Shown: positions 24,507-36,537, numbered from the stretch's first letter. The stretch: 64,000 bases of DNA from Epithemia pelagica (GCA_946965045.2 OX337235.1:3720001-3784000), one strand, 5' to 3'. The notes: generated from the sequence alone by a model not told the origin. Made by a program: numbers and translations.

Positions 24507-26081
24507 TCATTCGAGATCCTGGAACTGGGTCAGTAGAGTCTGGACCGTTCGTTCCATGGCACGACGAGTGCTGGCCCGATTGCCACCGGACTCATCAATT
24601 TGCACACGTCGATTGGAAGCAGCTGTGGCTAGATTGGCCGCAGGGGTTGTGCCGGACGACGATGCTGTGGGCGTAGTGGCGGTGGACAATGCCACCCAAC
24701 GACGAGTGTCGGCATTCCACGACATCATTTTGCCATCAATTTCGCGGTGGTTGTTCTCGTCCGCGGTTGGTGCTCGCCATTTGTGGCGACGGGAGGTAGA
24801 GGACGATGAGTTGGCATTGTTGGCACTGCGGGAATTCTTACAGGCCTCATTGAACTTCTTGCGATTCGCCTCAATCAGCGCTTCGTTCCTGGGCTTGGTA
24901 CAGTCCTTCAACGTGTGAGGACCACCACAGTTCCAACAAACGGGGCCCTTGCGGCCAGAACCACCTTTAGATCCATCAGTAGATGTAGCAGGGAAGGACG
25001 AAGGACTTCCTCTTGTCTTGGCTCCGGTCCAATCATTAGAACGGCATAGGGATAGATATTCCTTCTCAGCTAGATCGAGTAGGGACACGATAGAGGGGAT
25101 AGCAAACTGCGACTGAACAGCGGGACCGGACCGAGCTAGGGCGTCAGCGATTCTAGCCTGACTCTCTATTAGCTCAAATACCTTGTTGAACTTCTCAACG
25201 GAACTGGTCTGGAGCACCTTCAACACTGTCTTGGCAAAATCCTCGGGAACCATCTCGATAGCTTCAAGACGCTCATGAGCTCCGAGAATTAGACTCACAA
25301 TCTTCGAGACATTTTCTCCACGGACCTTGGAAATCTTAAGATTTTCAACAGTATCGACTAAAGTTTTGGTCGCTTGCTCGGTATGAGTTACTAGAAGCTT
25401 CATCATAATGATGAATAGCAAGGGGCCACCTTGTTCTTCTGTCTTGAAACGCTTGTAGCGCTCATAGACCTTAGTCCAGAGCGGATTCTTCATACTAACC
25501 TCAACCTGTTTAGCTGTCAGCATTAGATTTTCCCGATACCAACTCTTCTTGGGCCAGGTTGAATACCAGCGGTTGCTTGCCGCTACCTGTTCTTCGGTCA
25601 TGTCGGAATAGTACGAATACAAATCCCTGGGTTTCTTCTTCACGTCTGTGGACAAGGTTGGGCCGGTTCCATCCGGAGTAACGATCACAAAGACGTCATG
25701 CATGTCGTACATTACATGCTGACTGCGGATCTTTGATACCATGAGGTTCAAGTTATAGCACTCTTTAAGCTGCTTTACATCGGTGATGTTCGCCGACAGT
25801 AGGTCAAACTTGGTAATAATTGACGTGGCAGCGTTCGCAAAGAGTTCTTGGCGCTTCTCGGGTGCCATTCCTTCACGGTCTTCCTTCTTGAAGAGGGCGG
25901 TTTCGACATCTTGTGCTGGCGTCGCCTGATCGTTCACCTCGATCGTCTCTCCGTTAATTGTGATTGTAGAGTCCGTCGTCGTCGACATTATACTACTTAT
26001 ACTTGAGTTCTCCGACCACCCTGGTATGGAATCCAAATCTGAGTCAGTCAAAAGGCGAAGAAGGTCTTCTAAACTTTCCAT
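24507..26081 (-). CDS. gag: gag of copia A (524 aa)
   Basis: Intact ORF with zinc knuckle CWNCGGPHTLKDC, downstream of the 5' LTR and PBS. Confidence 0.88.
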   Translation of the reverse strand: MESLEDLLRLLTDSDLDSIPGWSENSSISSIMSTTTDSTITINGETIEVNDQATPAQDVETALFKKEDREGMAPEKRQELFANAATSIITKFDLLSANITDVKQLKECYNLNLMVSKIRSQHVMYDMHDVFVIVTPDGTGPTLSTDVKKKPRDLYSYYSDMTEEQVAASNRWYSTWPKKSWYRENLMLTAKQVEVSMKNPLWTKVYERYKRFKTEEQGGPLLFIIMMKLLVTHTEQATKTLVDTVENLKISKVRGENVSKIVSLILGAHERLEAIEMVPEDFAKTVLKVLQTSSVEKFNKVFELIESQARIADALARSGPAVQSQFAIPSIVSLLDLAEKEYLSLCRSNDWTGAKTRGSPSSFPATSTDGSKGGSGRKGPVCWNCGGPHTLKDCTKPRNEALIEANRKKFNEACKNSRSANNANSSSSTSRRHKWRAPTADENNHREIDGKMMSWNADTRRWVALSTATTPTASSSGTTPAANLATAASNRRVQIDESGGNRASTRRAMERTVQTLLTQFQDLE

Positions 26082-26286
26082 TCACCGGAAAATCGCGGCT
26101 GCTCCTTCTATTTCGTGTCTTCGATGCTCTTCGTTCCAATAAACGGGCTCTCGAAACTGGTTGGACTTCAACGGGCTCTTCCGACGGCTTCTTGTCAACG
26201 TCGATGGACCGGTTCTTCCTTGCTTATTTTACTTTCGCAACCAATTTGTGCGTAAAATCACGTGCGTGATACTTGGGCTCATAACC

Positions 26287-26453
26287 TGAAAGGAGGGTTT
26301 GGTTTGTAAAATTATGACTAGTATATCGGTTTAGATCGGTAGGTCCTAATACATAAGTGGAAATGGGTGAGGGTACGTCATTCGATTGCGACGCTGGCCT
26401 TGAACCTATGGATCGTCCCTTTGGGGTCTCCATTAGGTCGCACTGTCCTTTCA
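26287..26453 (-). repeat. 5' LTR of copia A
   Basis: Direct repeat of 19360-19526, followed by the PBS. Confidence 0.95.
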
Positions 26454-27639
26454 CAATGGTGTATCCAAAGGGTGGTGCGACGACATAATCACCCTGACAC
26501 AGATCATTCATGGTCTCCGGGACGCAACTTACGTACATTTTCCCCAATAAGACACCGAACCAGAAAAGAAAGCCATGATTCTTTTTCCATAACCGCAATA
26601 AGAGGTTTCCTGCTCCAAAGGATATTGATCATGATGAGTCTTTTTTTGTCACGAAAGAGTCGTCCAAACACCATGAAAAAAGACCCAAATGTTTCCGACG
26701 CACTCGCATGATCACGTACCATCTACATTATTTTTGCCAGCAATGGCACACCTTTGAAAGGGCGGTAGTGCCGTTGGAAACAAAGCCATGAAATCATTGA
26801 GCCATTCACTCTGAGTATGAGCTACGGGTGTTGATGGGCTTGTTCTATCGCTCGAGAAGGTGGAGAGAATTGGATGACAATCCTTCATTTTCATTCGGTC
26901 GGAGCGTGTTGTTGTTGTTGTTGCGATGGTTCTTGTGATGTTGATGATATAGAATAGTCTATCGAATGGTGCTCGTCGGTTGTTTGGGTACTTTGTGATG
27001 TTTCGTGAAAATTGCTGGAAGGTGAGCCTGCGCTCCAAGCAGCAGCGGTACACTGCTGTACCACAAATCTAAACGGATGATGCCAGTCCACCCGCATTGT
27101 TGGATGAACACCGATAGTGAAACCATTTCCACTGTGAGTTATGCCTCGAAACCCCATTCGTCAACCGTCCGGGTCCCCAAAGTTGGAATCGGATGCATGT
27201 TTTGTATTGTCACACGAGGCTTTCATCAAGGCTACCCTAGAGCTCTATTCACAAAAGAACACGGCACCACGTCCCTCAGAGCTCGAATTCGTTCCACTTT
27301 TGGGCAACGAAGAAAACATACATGAGGATGCCCCGCCGCTTTGCTCCTTGTCAATATTTTTATAGAGATGTGTGTTTCAAGTTTCAAATCTTTTTTTGAC
27401 CACAAAAGATATATACCCTGTGGTTGTGGTTCTGTCATGCATTAAATGGGCGACCGCGTACCAAGGAGAGCGAGCGTACGTACGTACGACAGACACTCGG
27501 GACGAAAAGCTTCCACGCGTACTAGTACTTTCCCTTTTCCATCAGTCCGTATCCATCACAGCGAGATCATCCTGTGGTGCCATAATACGCCCATAATACG
27601 CAGTGTTTGATCCTCATAAAGTCGCATGAGAAAGAATCC

Positions 27640-27962
27640 ATGAGCATGACATCACTGCAAGAACAAGCATGGCAGTCGGGCCTTGTTCTGCTGGACGAGA
27701 CACCAAGATGGAATGAAGATGACTGGCCTCCTCTTGAGGGAGAAGGGCGTTGCAATCATGCTTCGGTTGTAGTTGACCATTCGGTCGTCTTGTTGGGTGG
27801 ATATCATAACGCCCAAGACGTCACCAATTCCGTTCTTGTACTGAATTTGGCTGAACCAGAAAAACAGTGGCGAGAAGGACAACCCATGAACAAGAAACGT
27901 TTTCAACATGCCGCTGTTGTGTGCAATGAAAGCATATACGTGCTGGGAGGAGGCGATCTTCC
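27640..27962 (+). pseudogene. Kelch gene, 5' part, interrupted by copia B
   Basis: MSMTSLQEQAWQSG...IYVLGGGDL followed directly by the LTR start TGTTCG. Confidence 0.88.
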
Positions 27963-28417
27963 TGTTCGAATATTGTACATGCGGGCATATGTAACTGATG
28001 GGGACCTTGGGGGACCGCAGACGCAAACCTCATGACTCCATTAGGCCCAACGCATCATCGAACCGCCTTTCACAAAATGCAAAACGACGAACGATGGATC
28101 CAGGCGACGATGCCTATGTAACGATCGACAATGCCTATGTAACGATTGTCGTTCTTAAGGACGGGATCCCATGACCATTGTCATAACGGTCCATGGCCCT
28201 AAGTGAATCAGAAGATACTTAGAGGCAGCGATATCCCACGAACGGTGGCAGGCCCGTCCATAACACATCTCGTCGCCCAAATTGGTGATACAACGTCTCC
28301 ACCAACGATTCAACGCATCGACGACAGTTGGGAACGGAGACGTAGAACCTAACACCGTAGACACACAATTTTTGCAACAAGAGTCCTTTTCTTTACTCGC
28401 TAGTAAGGAAAACAACA
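27963..28417 (+). repeat. 5' LTR of copia B1
   Basis: Matches 33725-34179 and 60886-61339. Contains an internal 2x about 21-bp repeat (cgacgatgcctatgtaacgat). Confidence 0.95.
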
Positions 28418-28459
28418 CGCTTCCTCTGCGCTTTAGACAGCACACGTCCATCGTCTGCC

Positions 28460-29699
28460 ATGGCTTTCGCAATCTCTCCCGCTAACGCACACGCGAACAA
28501 CATCGTGAACTTTGCAACGGCCGCGGGAGCAAAGCTCTACAAGCAGGCAACGACTGGACTCTTTGACGGTGTATCTCTACGATCTTCACGCGGAAGGGCT
28601 GAAGACTTTTCTCGACTCATTCCAAGATCGGATCGTCGAACAGTCTTGGACCAGCACCTTTTCCATTCCCGAACACATTGTGGTTCCTCCAGCGGCTGGA
28701 CCAGCACCGCCACCAGCACCTACGCATCTCTTGACTCAAGCCTACGGTCGCGTCTCGCTCGCCCAGGTTCGCACCTACGTCGATAGTTTCATCGGACAGA
28801 ACAGGATTTCTCAGAATTCCTTTATGTCCTACATGTGTTTGATGGCGTCGCTCAACGAAGATGCGAAGGCGCAAGTAAATCTACGACGCGAAGACTTTAT
28901 TATCGACGACGTTGGCAGTGGTCCACTCCTTCTCAAAGTGATCATTTCCCTCGCGTATGTGGATACCGAGGCGACTGTGATGGTACTTCGCCAGCGCTTG
29001 TCCGATCTACAGATTCATATTGCAGACTTCAACGGTGACATCATCAAGTTCAACTCCTATGTGATGGCTACACTTCAAGGTTTGCATGCCCGCGGTGAAC
29101 GAACGCTGGACTTACTCCCTAACCTTTTCAAAGCTTATGAGACTGTGAGTGATGAGAACTTCTTGGAGATGATCCGTTGTCGAAAGAACGCATACGAAGA
29201 AGGAGATTCTCCGAATCTCTCGGCGACGCAACTCATGGATTGGGCCCGTCTCAAGTACCAAGGCCTGGTAGAAGCGAAGAAATGGCAGGCTCTGTCCGAA
29301 CGTGACCAGAAGATTATTGCCCTTGAGGCCAAAGTCAAGAAGATGGAGAAAGGAAAAACAGCCCCGCTGTCCACGACCAAGGGATCCAAACAGGGCAAGC
29401 AAAAGACCAAAGAATCAGCAAAAGAATCGTGGCTCACCATTGGGCCACATGAGGGAGGCCCAGAAGTAAAAGAAGTCAACGGAAAAATGTACTATTGGTG
29501 TAAGTGGCATGAAAAATGGTCACTCAACAAGAAACACACTTCCGACACGTGCAACGGACGGGGCTTAACCGGAGAGAAAAAGAAGGCCTATGATCTAGCT
29601 CATGCCGAGAAGAACAATGATGGTACAACTCCTGCCCTTCGCCTCGCGAATGCTCTAGCTGATCTACCGGCCCAAGAAGAATCTTCTGACGAAGAGTGA
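28460..29699 (+). pseudogene. gag: gag of copia B1, frameshifted near 28571
   Basis: Versus copy 2 (gacggtggtgatctc) this copy reads gacggtgtatctc, a net -2 nt. C-terminal WCKWHEKW..KKHTSDTC metal-binding-like motif. Confidence 0.85.
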
Positions 29700-32600
29700 C
29701 AACGAGACCCGAGGTCATTCCTCGGGCTGTTCTACAAGACGGTCGAGAAGCTCATCTATATATTACTAGTGACAACAATCCTCTACATGTCTGTCCTAGT
29801 ATATAGTGATGATGATGCTAGGTCGGCTAACCCTTCCCAAGATGACAAGACGAGTCTGCGGCCTAAGCTATGGTTTCTAACACCAACATGCAATAGCAAC
29901 AGGATACGACGACAAACAAGGAAACCAAGATGGAATAGACAAACAATGCTAATGTTATGCATGGCAACAATACTCGCAGCTCCGATAACAGGCAAACCAG
30001 CCGCAGCACATCAAGTCAAGTTCGACTCCGATAGCCAGCCCGTGTTTGTTGACAACTGTGCAACATCGTCTATCACAAACGATATCACCGACTGCATAAC
30101 AGCAATCCAGCCCGTAAGAAGAAAGATCAAGGGCATTGCAGGATTGTTCAAAATGGAAATCTACTCCACGACGATCAAGTGGCACTTCGAAGACGACAAC
30201 GGTGCCATCCATACATTCGTCCTGCCTCGATCATTCTACATACCATCGACCTCCAACAGACTGTTCTCTCCCCAACACTGGGCACAAGTAGCCAAAGACC
30301 ACAAGCCGAATCCAGATGGCACTCGCTGCATCACCACAGCTGACAACATCATTCTCGAATGGAACCAACGCGAATCTACGAGAACCATCCCACTCAATCG
30401 AAGAGGAACGAATGTGGGACAGCTGTACACTGCAAACGGTATGCTCAAGTTCCATGCTTTCTGCTGCACAGTACATGCGACACCGGAGGAAGAAGATGAG
30501 AATCCACCGATCGTTAGTCATGCGAATCTGATCGAGGATGACGAAAGCATCAACGAGAACTCACCAAGCGCCCAGATCGAACAAGATTCCAACGATGTAG
30601 AACTTGACATGGATGACGAGCACAACGAACAGTATTTTCCGCAACGGGATCAGCCCATCACCACGGATTTTCTCTTCGAAGATGAAAAAGTGGTACATGT
30701 GATTCCCAATGAAGAAGAAGTGCCAATCAAAAACCCGACGGTTGAACTCCTACGCGTTCATCATCGTCTCGGCCATCTGTCATTTGCTAAGATTCATGAA
30801 ATGGCACGACGAGGTGAATTGCCCAAGCGACTCGGTTCATGCGCTGTTCCAGCATGTACAGCCTGTATGTACGGGAAAGCGACGAAGAAACCATGGCGAG
30901 TGAAAGGTACAAGGGGTACACTGGATGTTATGACTCGTCCAGGCCAATGTGTATCGGTCGACCAACTCATATCGACAACACCAGGATATATTGCCCACTT
31001 ACGAGGTACTCCAACACGCGATAGATATCGGGTAGCGACTGTTTTCGTGGACCACTACTCTGGTATAGGGTACGTCCACCTACAATGATCGACGTCGGCT
31101 GCGGATACCATCGAAGCAAAGGAGCGATTTGAAGCATGGGCGGATACGCACGGGGTCGCAATCATGCACTATCATGCAGACAACGGCATTTTTGCTGACA
31201 ACCAATTTCGCAAAGCAGTAAGAGACAAAGGACAGCGCTTGACGTTCAGCGGAGTCAACGCGCATTTTCAGAGCGGTATGGCCGAGAGGCGCATAAGGGA
31301 CCTACAAGATTCAGCACGGACTATGCTACTCCATGCACATCGTCGATGGCCCTCTGCTATTACTCCGAACCTCTGGCCCTATGCAGTACGCTATGCATCG
31401 GATATCTTCAACTCTGCACCTATGGCGAAACATAAGAATACGACGCCTTTGGAACTCTTCTCTGGTTCCCCAGCACGATTCAACCTGCGACACGCGCACA
31501 CATTTGGATGTCCAAGTTATGTCCTAGACAATGCTCTACAATCAGGAAAAGGGATTCCCAAATGGTCCGAAGGCTCTCGGATTGGTATCTTCTTGGGATA
31601 CTCCGCCCAACACTCAAGAACCGTGGGGCTTATTCTCTCGTTGTCCTCCGGTTTATCTTCTCCACAATTCCATGTTCAATATGATGACCGTTTTGAGACT
31701 ATGCGACGTAGTTTCGGGGAAGTACAACCTGTCTCCTACTGGCAGCAGAAGGCCGGGTTCCGCAAGGGTAAAACCATGGATCAGTCCCAACCAGATCACC
31801 ACACTACCGACACACGTGACTCACAACTACCCTCACAAATGAGGGAGGTAGATCACAATTCTACCCTAGAGGAGCCACCTATAGTTCCGTTACCAGTCGA
31901 CAATGAAGAGCTAATCCAGCCGACAAATGAGGGAGCCTTTGGAGTCCGCAGGTCACAACGACAACCCAAACCAACTATGCGATATCAAGACTATATGGAT
32001 TCTTTGGGGGACGACCTAGATCCTCTAGGTGAGCTGGCAGTGACGTTACCTGGGTTGATCTCCATGACCGCACAGGCCCAAGCAAATCCAGATGTCATGT
32101 ATTGGCACGAAGCCATGCGACAACCAGATCGATTGGAATTTATAAAGGCTGCACAAAAGGAGGTCCAGGATCACACCGCAAACGGTCTCTGGGAAGTGGT
32201 TCGACGACAAGATATACCACCGGGTAGCTATGTGACTAGAGCAGTATGGAGTTGTGTCCGGAAGCGGAAACTGCAGACAGGTGAAATCTATAAATGGAAG
32301 TCACGCTTGGCATTTGATGGATCAAGACAGACCAAAGGGGTGAACTATTGGGAGACTTATGCTCCCGTAGTCCAATGGCCTGTGGTCCGCTATGTCTTAA
32401 CGACGGCTATTTCGCAAGGATGGGCGATGAAGCAGATAGACTATGTCCTCGCCTATACTCAAGCCGTGGCGGAAACTGATATGTACATGGAGGCACCTAG
32501 AGGGTTTACATTCGACACGACCGGAAAACAACGAGCCGAAGATTTTGTTCTCAAGATTAAACGGAATTACTACGGTCAGAAACAGGCCGCGCGTGTCTGG

Positions 32601-33698
32601 AATAAACACCTAGTACAGCAATTGGAACAAGTGGGATTCAAACAGAGTGATCATGATGAATGTGTCTTCTACAAAGGACGCAGCCTCTATATCCTGTACA
32701 CAGACGACTCCATCTTAACAGGGCCTGATCCACAGGAACTCGACGATATCATCACCCAGATGCAGGACATTGGGCTTAAGATTACATATGAAGACGGAGT
32801 AGAAGATTTTCTTGGAGTCAACATTACAAAACAACAGACCGGACATCTTCACCTCTCCCAGACTCGCTTGATCGACGCTATCCTTGATGATCTGCGATTA
32901 CCAGCGGACACGAATACTCGCGACGTGCCGGCAGCAACCACAGTGAAGATGCGCGCCGATGATGATGGGGACCCCTTTGATGGACACTTCAACTATCGCT
33001 CGGTCATCGGGAAACTGAATTTCCTCGAGAAAAGTACACGACCTGATATATCCTACGCAGTACATCAATGTGCACGCTTTTCCGCGAATCCAAAGCAGGT
33101 ACACGGACGAGCAGTAAAGCAGATTGGGCGCTACCTCGCTGGTACACGGTCACGAGGACTCGTGCTCAAACCACAGGACAAAGAAAATTTCGACGTTTAT
33201 GCCGATGCCGATTTTTGTGGCAACTTCAATAAGACAGATATGCCACGATCAGACATGGCCCGATCGCGTTCCGGATATGTCATCTTTTATGGAGGTTGTC
33301 CCATAGTGTGGGCATCAAAGTTACAGTCCGAGATTGCACTGTCCACAACGGAAGCGGAAATTATCAGCCTCTCTACTTCATTGCGTACAGTCATCCCACT
33401 AATGAACATTACGAAAGAGATGAAATCACTCGGCTTCCCTGTCCTGTCAACACAACCCAGAGTGCATTGTCGAGCTTTTGAAGACAATAACGGAGCTTAC
33501 GAATTGGCTACGGTCTATAAGTATCGACCACGCACGCGATACCTCTGTACCAAGCTATTTCATTTCAAGTCCTACGTCGAGAAGAAAGAGATTACGATCC
33601 TCCCTTGCGATACGGAGTTGCAGACCGCGGATATCTTTACCAAAGCACTGGATAAAGAGACGTTCGAGCGGCATCGCACGCGTATTATGGGCTGGTAG
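29700..33698 (+). pseudogene. pol: pol of copia B1, in frame with gag, one internal TGA at 31086-31088
   Basis: VFVDNCATS protease, HHRLGH..C..C, VSVDQ/HADNG/AERRIR integrase, YTDD, YADADFCG. The 29769 and 31164 ORFs are in the same frame. Confidence 0.9.
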
Positions 33699-33724
33699 TC
33701 AGATTTTCACGCTGCGTGAGGGAG

Positions 33725-34179
33725 TGTTCGAATATTGTACATGCGGGCATATGTAACTGATGGGGACCTTGGGGGACCGCAGACGCAAACCTCATGACTC
33801 CATTAGGCCAAACGCATCATCGAACCGCCTTTCACAAAATGCAAAACGACGGACGATGGATCCAGGCGACGATGCCTATGTAACGATCGACAATGCCTAT
33901 GTAACGATTGTCGTTCTTAAGGACGGGATCCCATGACCATTGTCATAACGGTCCATGGCCCTAAGTGAATCAGAAGATACTTAGAGGCAGCGATATCCCA
34001 CGAACGGTGGCAGGCCCGTCCATAACACATCTCGTCGCCCAAATTGGTGATACAACGTCTCCACCAACGATTCAACGCATCGACGACAGTTGGGAACGGA
34101 GACGTAGAACCTAACACCGTAGACACACAATTTTTGCAACAAGAGTCCTTTTCTTTACTCGCTAGTAAGGAAAACAACA
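33725..34179 (+). repeat. 3' LTR of copia B1
   Basis: Direct repeat of 27963-28417. Confidence 0.95.
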
Positions 34180-34878
34180 TCTTCCTAGTTCAGATGGATT
34201 GACGTCAATCATTTCCTGCAATCACCTTTAACAAACAGCAGCACACATGCGAGTCCCTGGACGACATTGAATCGTCGTTTATCCACGGCACGAAGAGCAT
34301 GCTGTGCTGTTGCGGTGAACAATCGATATATTGTGGTAATGGGTGGATCGAACAGGTGGCAAGACTTATCGTCGGTTGAGATTATGGATACCAGCAACGA
34401 AACTGTTACTGCAGGGCCATCCATGACTTTTCCTGGACAAATGTGGGCCAGTGTGGTCATTGGTCTCCGTATATTTGTCGTTGGAGGCCGTGACGAGGAC
34501 GGCAACGCTTACTCGGTGGAGTATTTGGACTTTACAAAGCCAAGTGACAATGAAGAGACAAACGAGGAGACTATCGGTCAAGTTATTTCCTCCTCGGTCA
34601 CTTGGACCACTCATTCTGATTTGGTACTCTCCAGCCAACGAGGTAAGGATACCTGTGCAGTGGTTGCCGTGGGATCTTGTCTGGTTGTGGTGGCTAAACA
34701 AGACTTTCCAACCACGAAAATCTTGGATACGCACCGCAACCGTGCATGGTATCTTCCGCGAGTCGGACATCGTCTTGAAGGCTACAGAATGGTGACTGTT
34801 GACAATCAAGTTGCCGTGATTGGTGGATGGCGCAATCCGTCCTGTGCGACATTCCCACTAATGGACAAGCATACGTGA
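34180..34878 (+). pseudogene. Kelch gene, 3' part (continuation of 27640-27962)
   Basis: WIDVNHFLQS..THASPWTTLNRRLSTAR...MDKHT*. Removing the element does not restore the frame, and the conserved TWCF Trp is TGA. Confidence 0.85.
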
Positions 34879-35385
34879 GGTTTTCGTCGACTGTGTGAAC
34901 AGCCGCCCAATGAATGGTATCATTTTCGGGAAGCAATGGGTTGCTCACATGCTGATATCCCACCTTTCTCCACCTCGACATCAAATTGTAAACGAGCAAG
35001 GCCCAATACGCACCGATGCGATTGAGGGAAAGATAAAGCCTGATGTGTGTGACTGTTATATCCTACAAGTAATGGTTGGAATAATGTTGTAGATATTCAT
35101 GAACTTGCCTTGCAGTAGGAAAGAAAAAGGAAAAGGCAATGGCAAAGCTATAGTATAATCATTTTGTTCTCAAACACACTTGTCTTTTTCTCTGGTGAAT
35201 CCTTGTAGTAGAAATAATGCAATAATGTGATCGGCGTCCGGCAAAGACAAAAAAAAACAATGGATTATCCAGAGGTTTGCAATGTGTTGTTTGCTAGATT
35301 ACAAACTTCTATAAGAGGCACAAACGAATCACTGCGCCTGTAGGACGGCACTCGTTGTATTCTCTTAAAGAGCGACGGATATCAC

Positions 35386-36537
35386 CTAATGCTCTTTCTT
35401 ATCCCAAATCTCACCGTCCTCAACCTCTACCGTATACAACCGTGTGCCAGCACTGTAGAAGGTGCCTCGGGATTTATCATGTCTCCGTCTAAAGTCGATT
35501 GCAATCACACGACAAGTTTCATAATCCCACGCCGACATATAAAATAAGCCGTTGTCCTCCTCGTCATTGACACCATCAACCCGTGCTTGAACGGTTGCTC
35601 CTAATAGAGAAGATGGATCAAAGCGGGTCACTCCTGCACTTCATGTTCATTCAATTCTTGTTTCAAATCGAGACGTTACCATCCATCGGTATAGGCATCG
35701 GCAATGACACCAATGTGCCATTACTGACCTTCGCGAACTTGAGCAGTTGAACCGGATACCAGCCAGGCGTTTCTCGAAGGTGTGGGCCAAGGATTGGGCA
35801 TGCCAGCAGTAATGGATATCGGAGACGGTGCCACAGCATGACGAGGCTCCAAAGAGATCCCTTGCACAGGTACCAACGGCAAAACAAACCTTTGCTTTCC
35901 TGCCATAACAGTTTCTTTCTGGTGGAACGCATGCGGTTCGTGAATCGTCTCCAAAGCAGAACTATCTGCCGTTGTTTCAAGGCGACTCGACATCAATTTG
36001 GAGGACGACGCAAGAGTGCCTGGCTCCGAAACGAGATATTGAATCGAGGCATGGTCGGCTGTTTCCATGGCTATCGTCAAGAGCCGTTCTGACATGACGA
36101 TAGGCCAACGCTGTGGCTCGGTATACACCAAACCACCATTCCGACAATACGGGTTCTATTGTTTCTTGAAGCAACCAATGCAAGACAGGATATACGGCTT
36201 GACTCAATAACCGATGTGACACCAATTGCAAGGCTTGTGAATGACTCATGAGAAACAATTGTCCATCTTGTCCTTGCTGCAAAAACCGAGCGACCTCCCC
36301 TGTTTCTTGTCCATGTCTTAGTGTCTGGTATATCCATTTTGCCACCGCGTCGCATGACATCCATATCATGGCAGACGGATTCCGCTCGTCACGGTCGCTA
36401 TTGGTGCTGACAAAGGCTTGAATGTGTTGATTCAAGTTGCGATCGCCCCAATGGCCCTTGTGACAATGCCCAAGTAATGCGATCCACCCAATCGATATTC
36501 TTCCAAAACATCGGAGCGAGTCGGAAAGGTCGACCAC
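35386..36537 (-). pseudogene. Possible decayed gene with a Tudor/Agenet-like C-terminal segment
   Basis: ORFs 35977-36537 and 35386-35631 share a frame, with several stops between. The last piece reads LGATVQARVD...WDYETCRVIAI...YTVEVEDGE. Confidence 0.3.

Larger units (their letters stand above)
19360..26453 (-). mobile_element. Ty1/copia LTR retrotransposon, family A (7094 bp, coding-defective)
   Basis: 167-bp LTRs TGAAA...TTTCA at 19360-19526 and 26287-26453 (2 mismatches seen), 5-bp TSD CAATG, PBS GGTTATGAGCCCA (26274-26286), PPT GAGAGGGAG, domain order PR-IN-RT-RH. Confidence 0.95.
27963..34179 (+). mobile_element. Ty1/copia LTR retrotransposon, family B, copy 1 (6217 bp)
   Basis: 455-bp LTRs TGTT...AACA at 27963-28417 and 33725-34179 (2 mismatches seen), 6-bp TSD TCTTCC, PPT GAGGGAG, order PR-IN-RT-RH. 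Confidence 0.95.
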
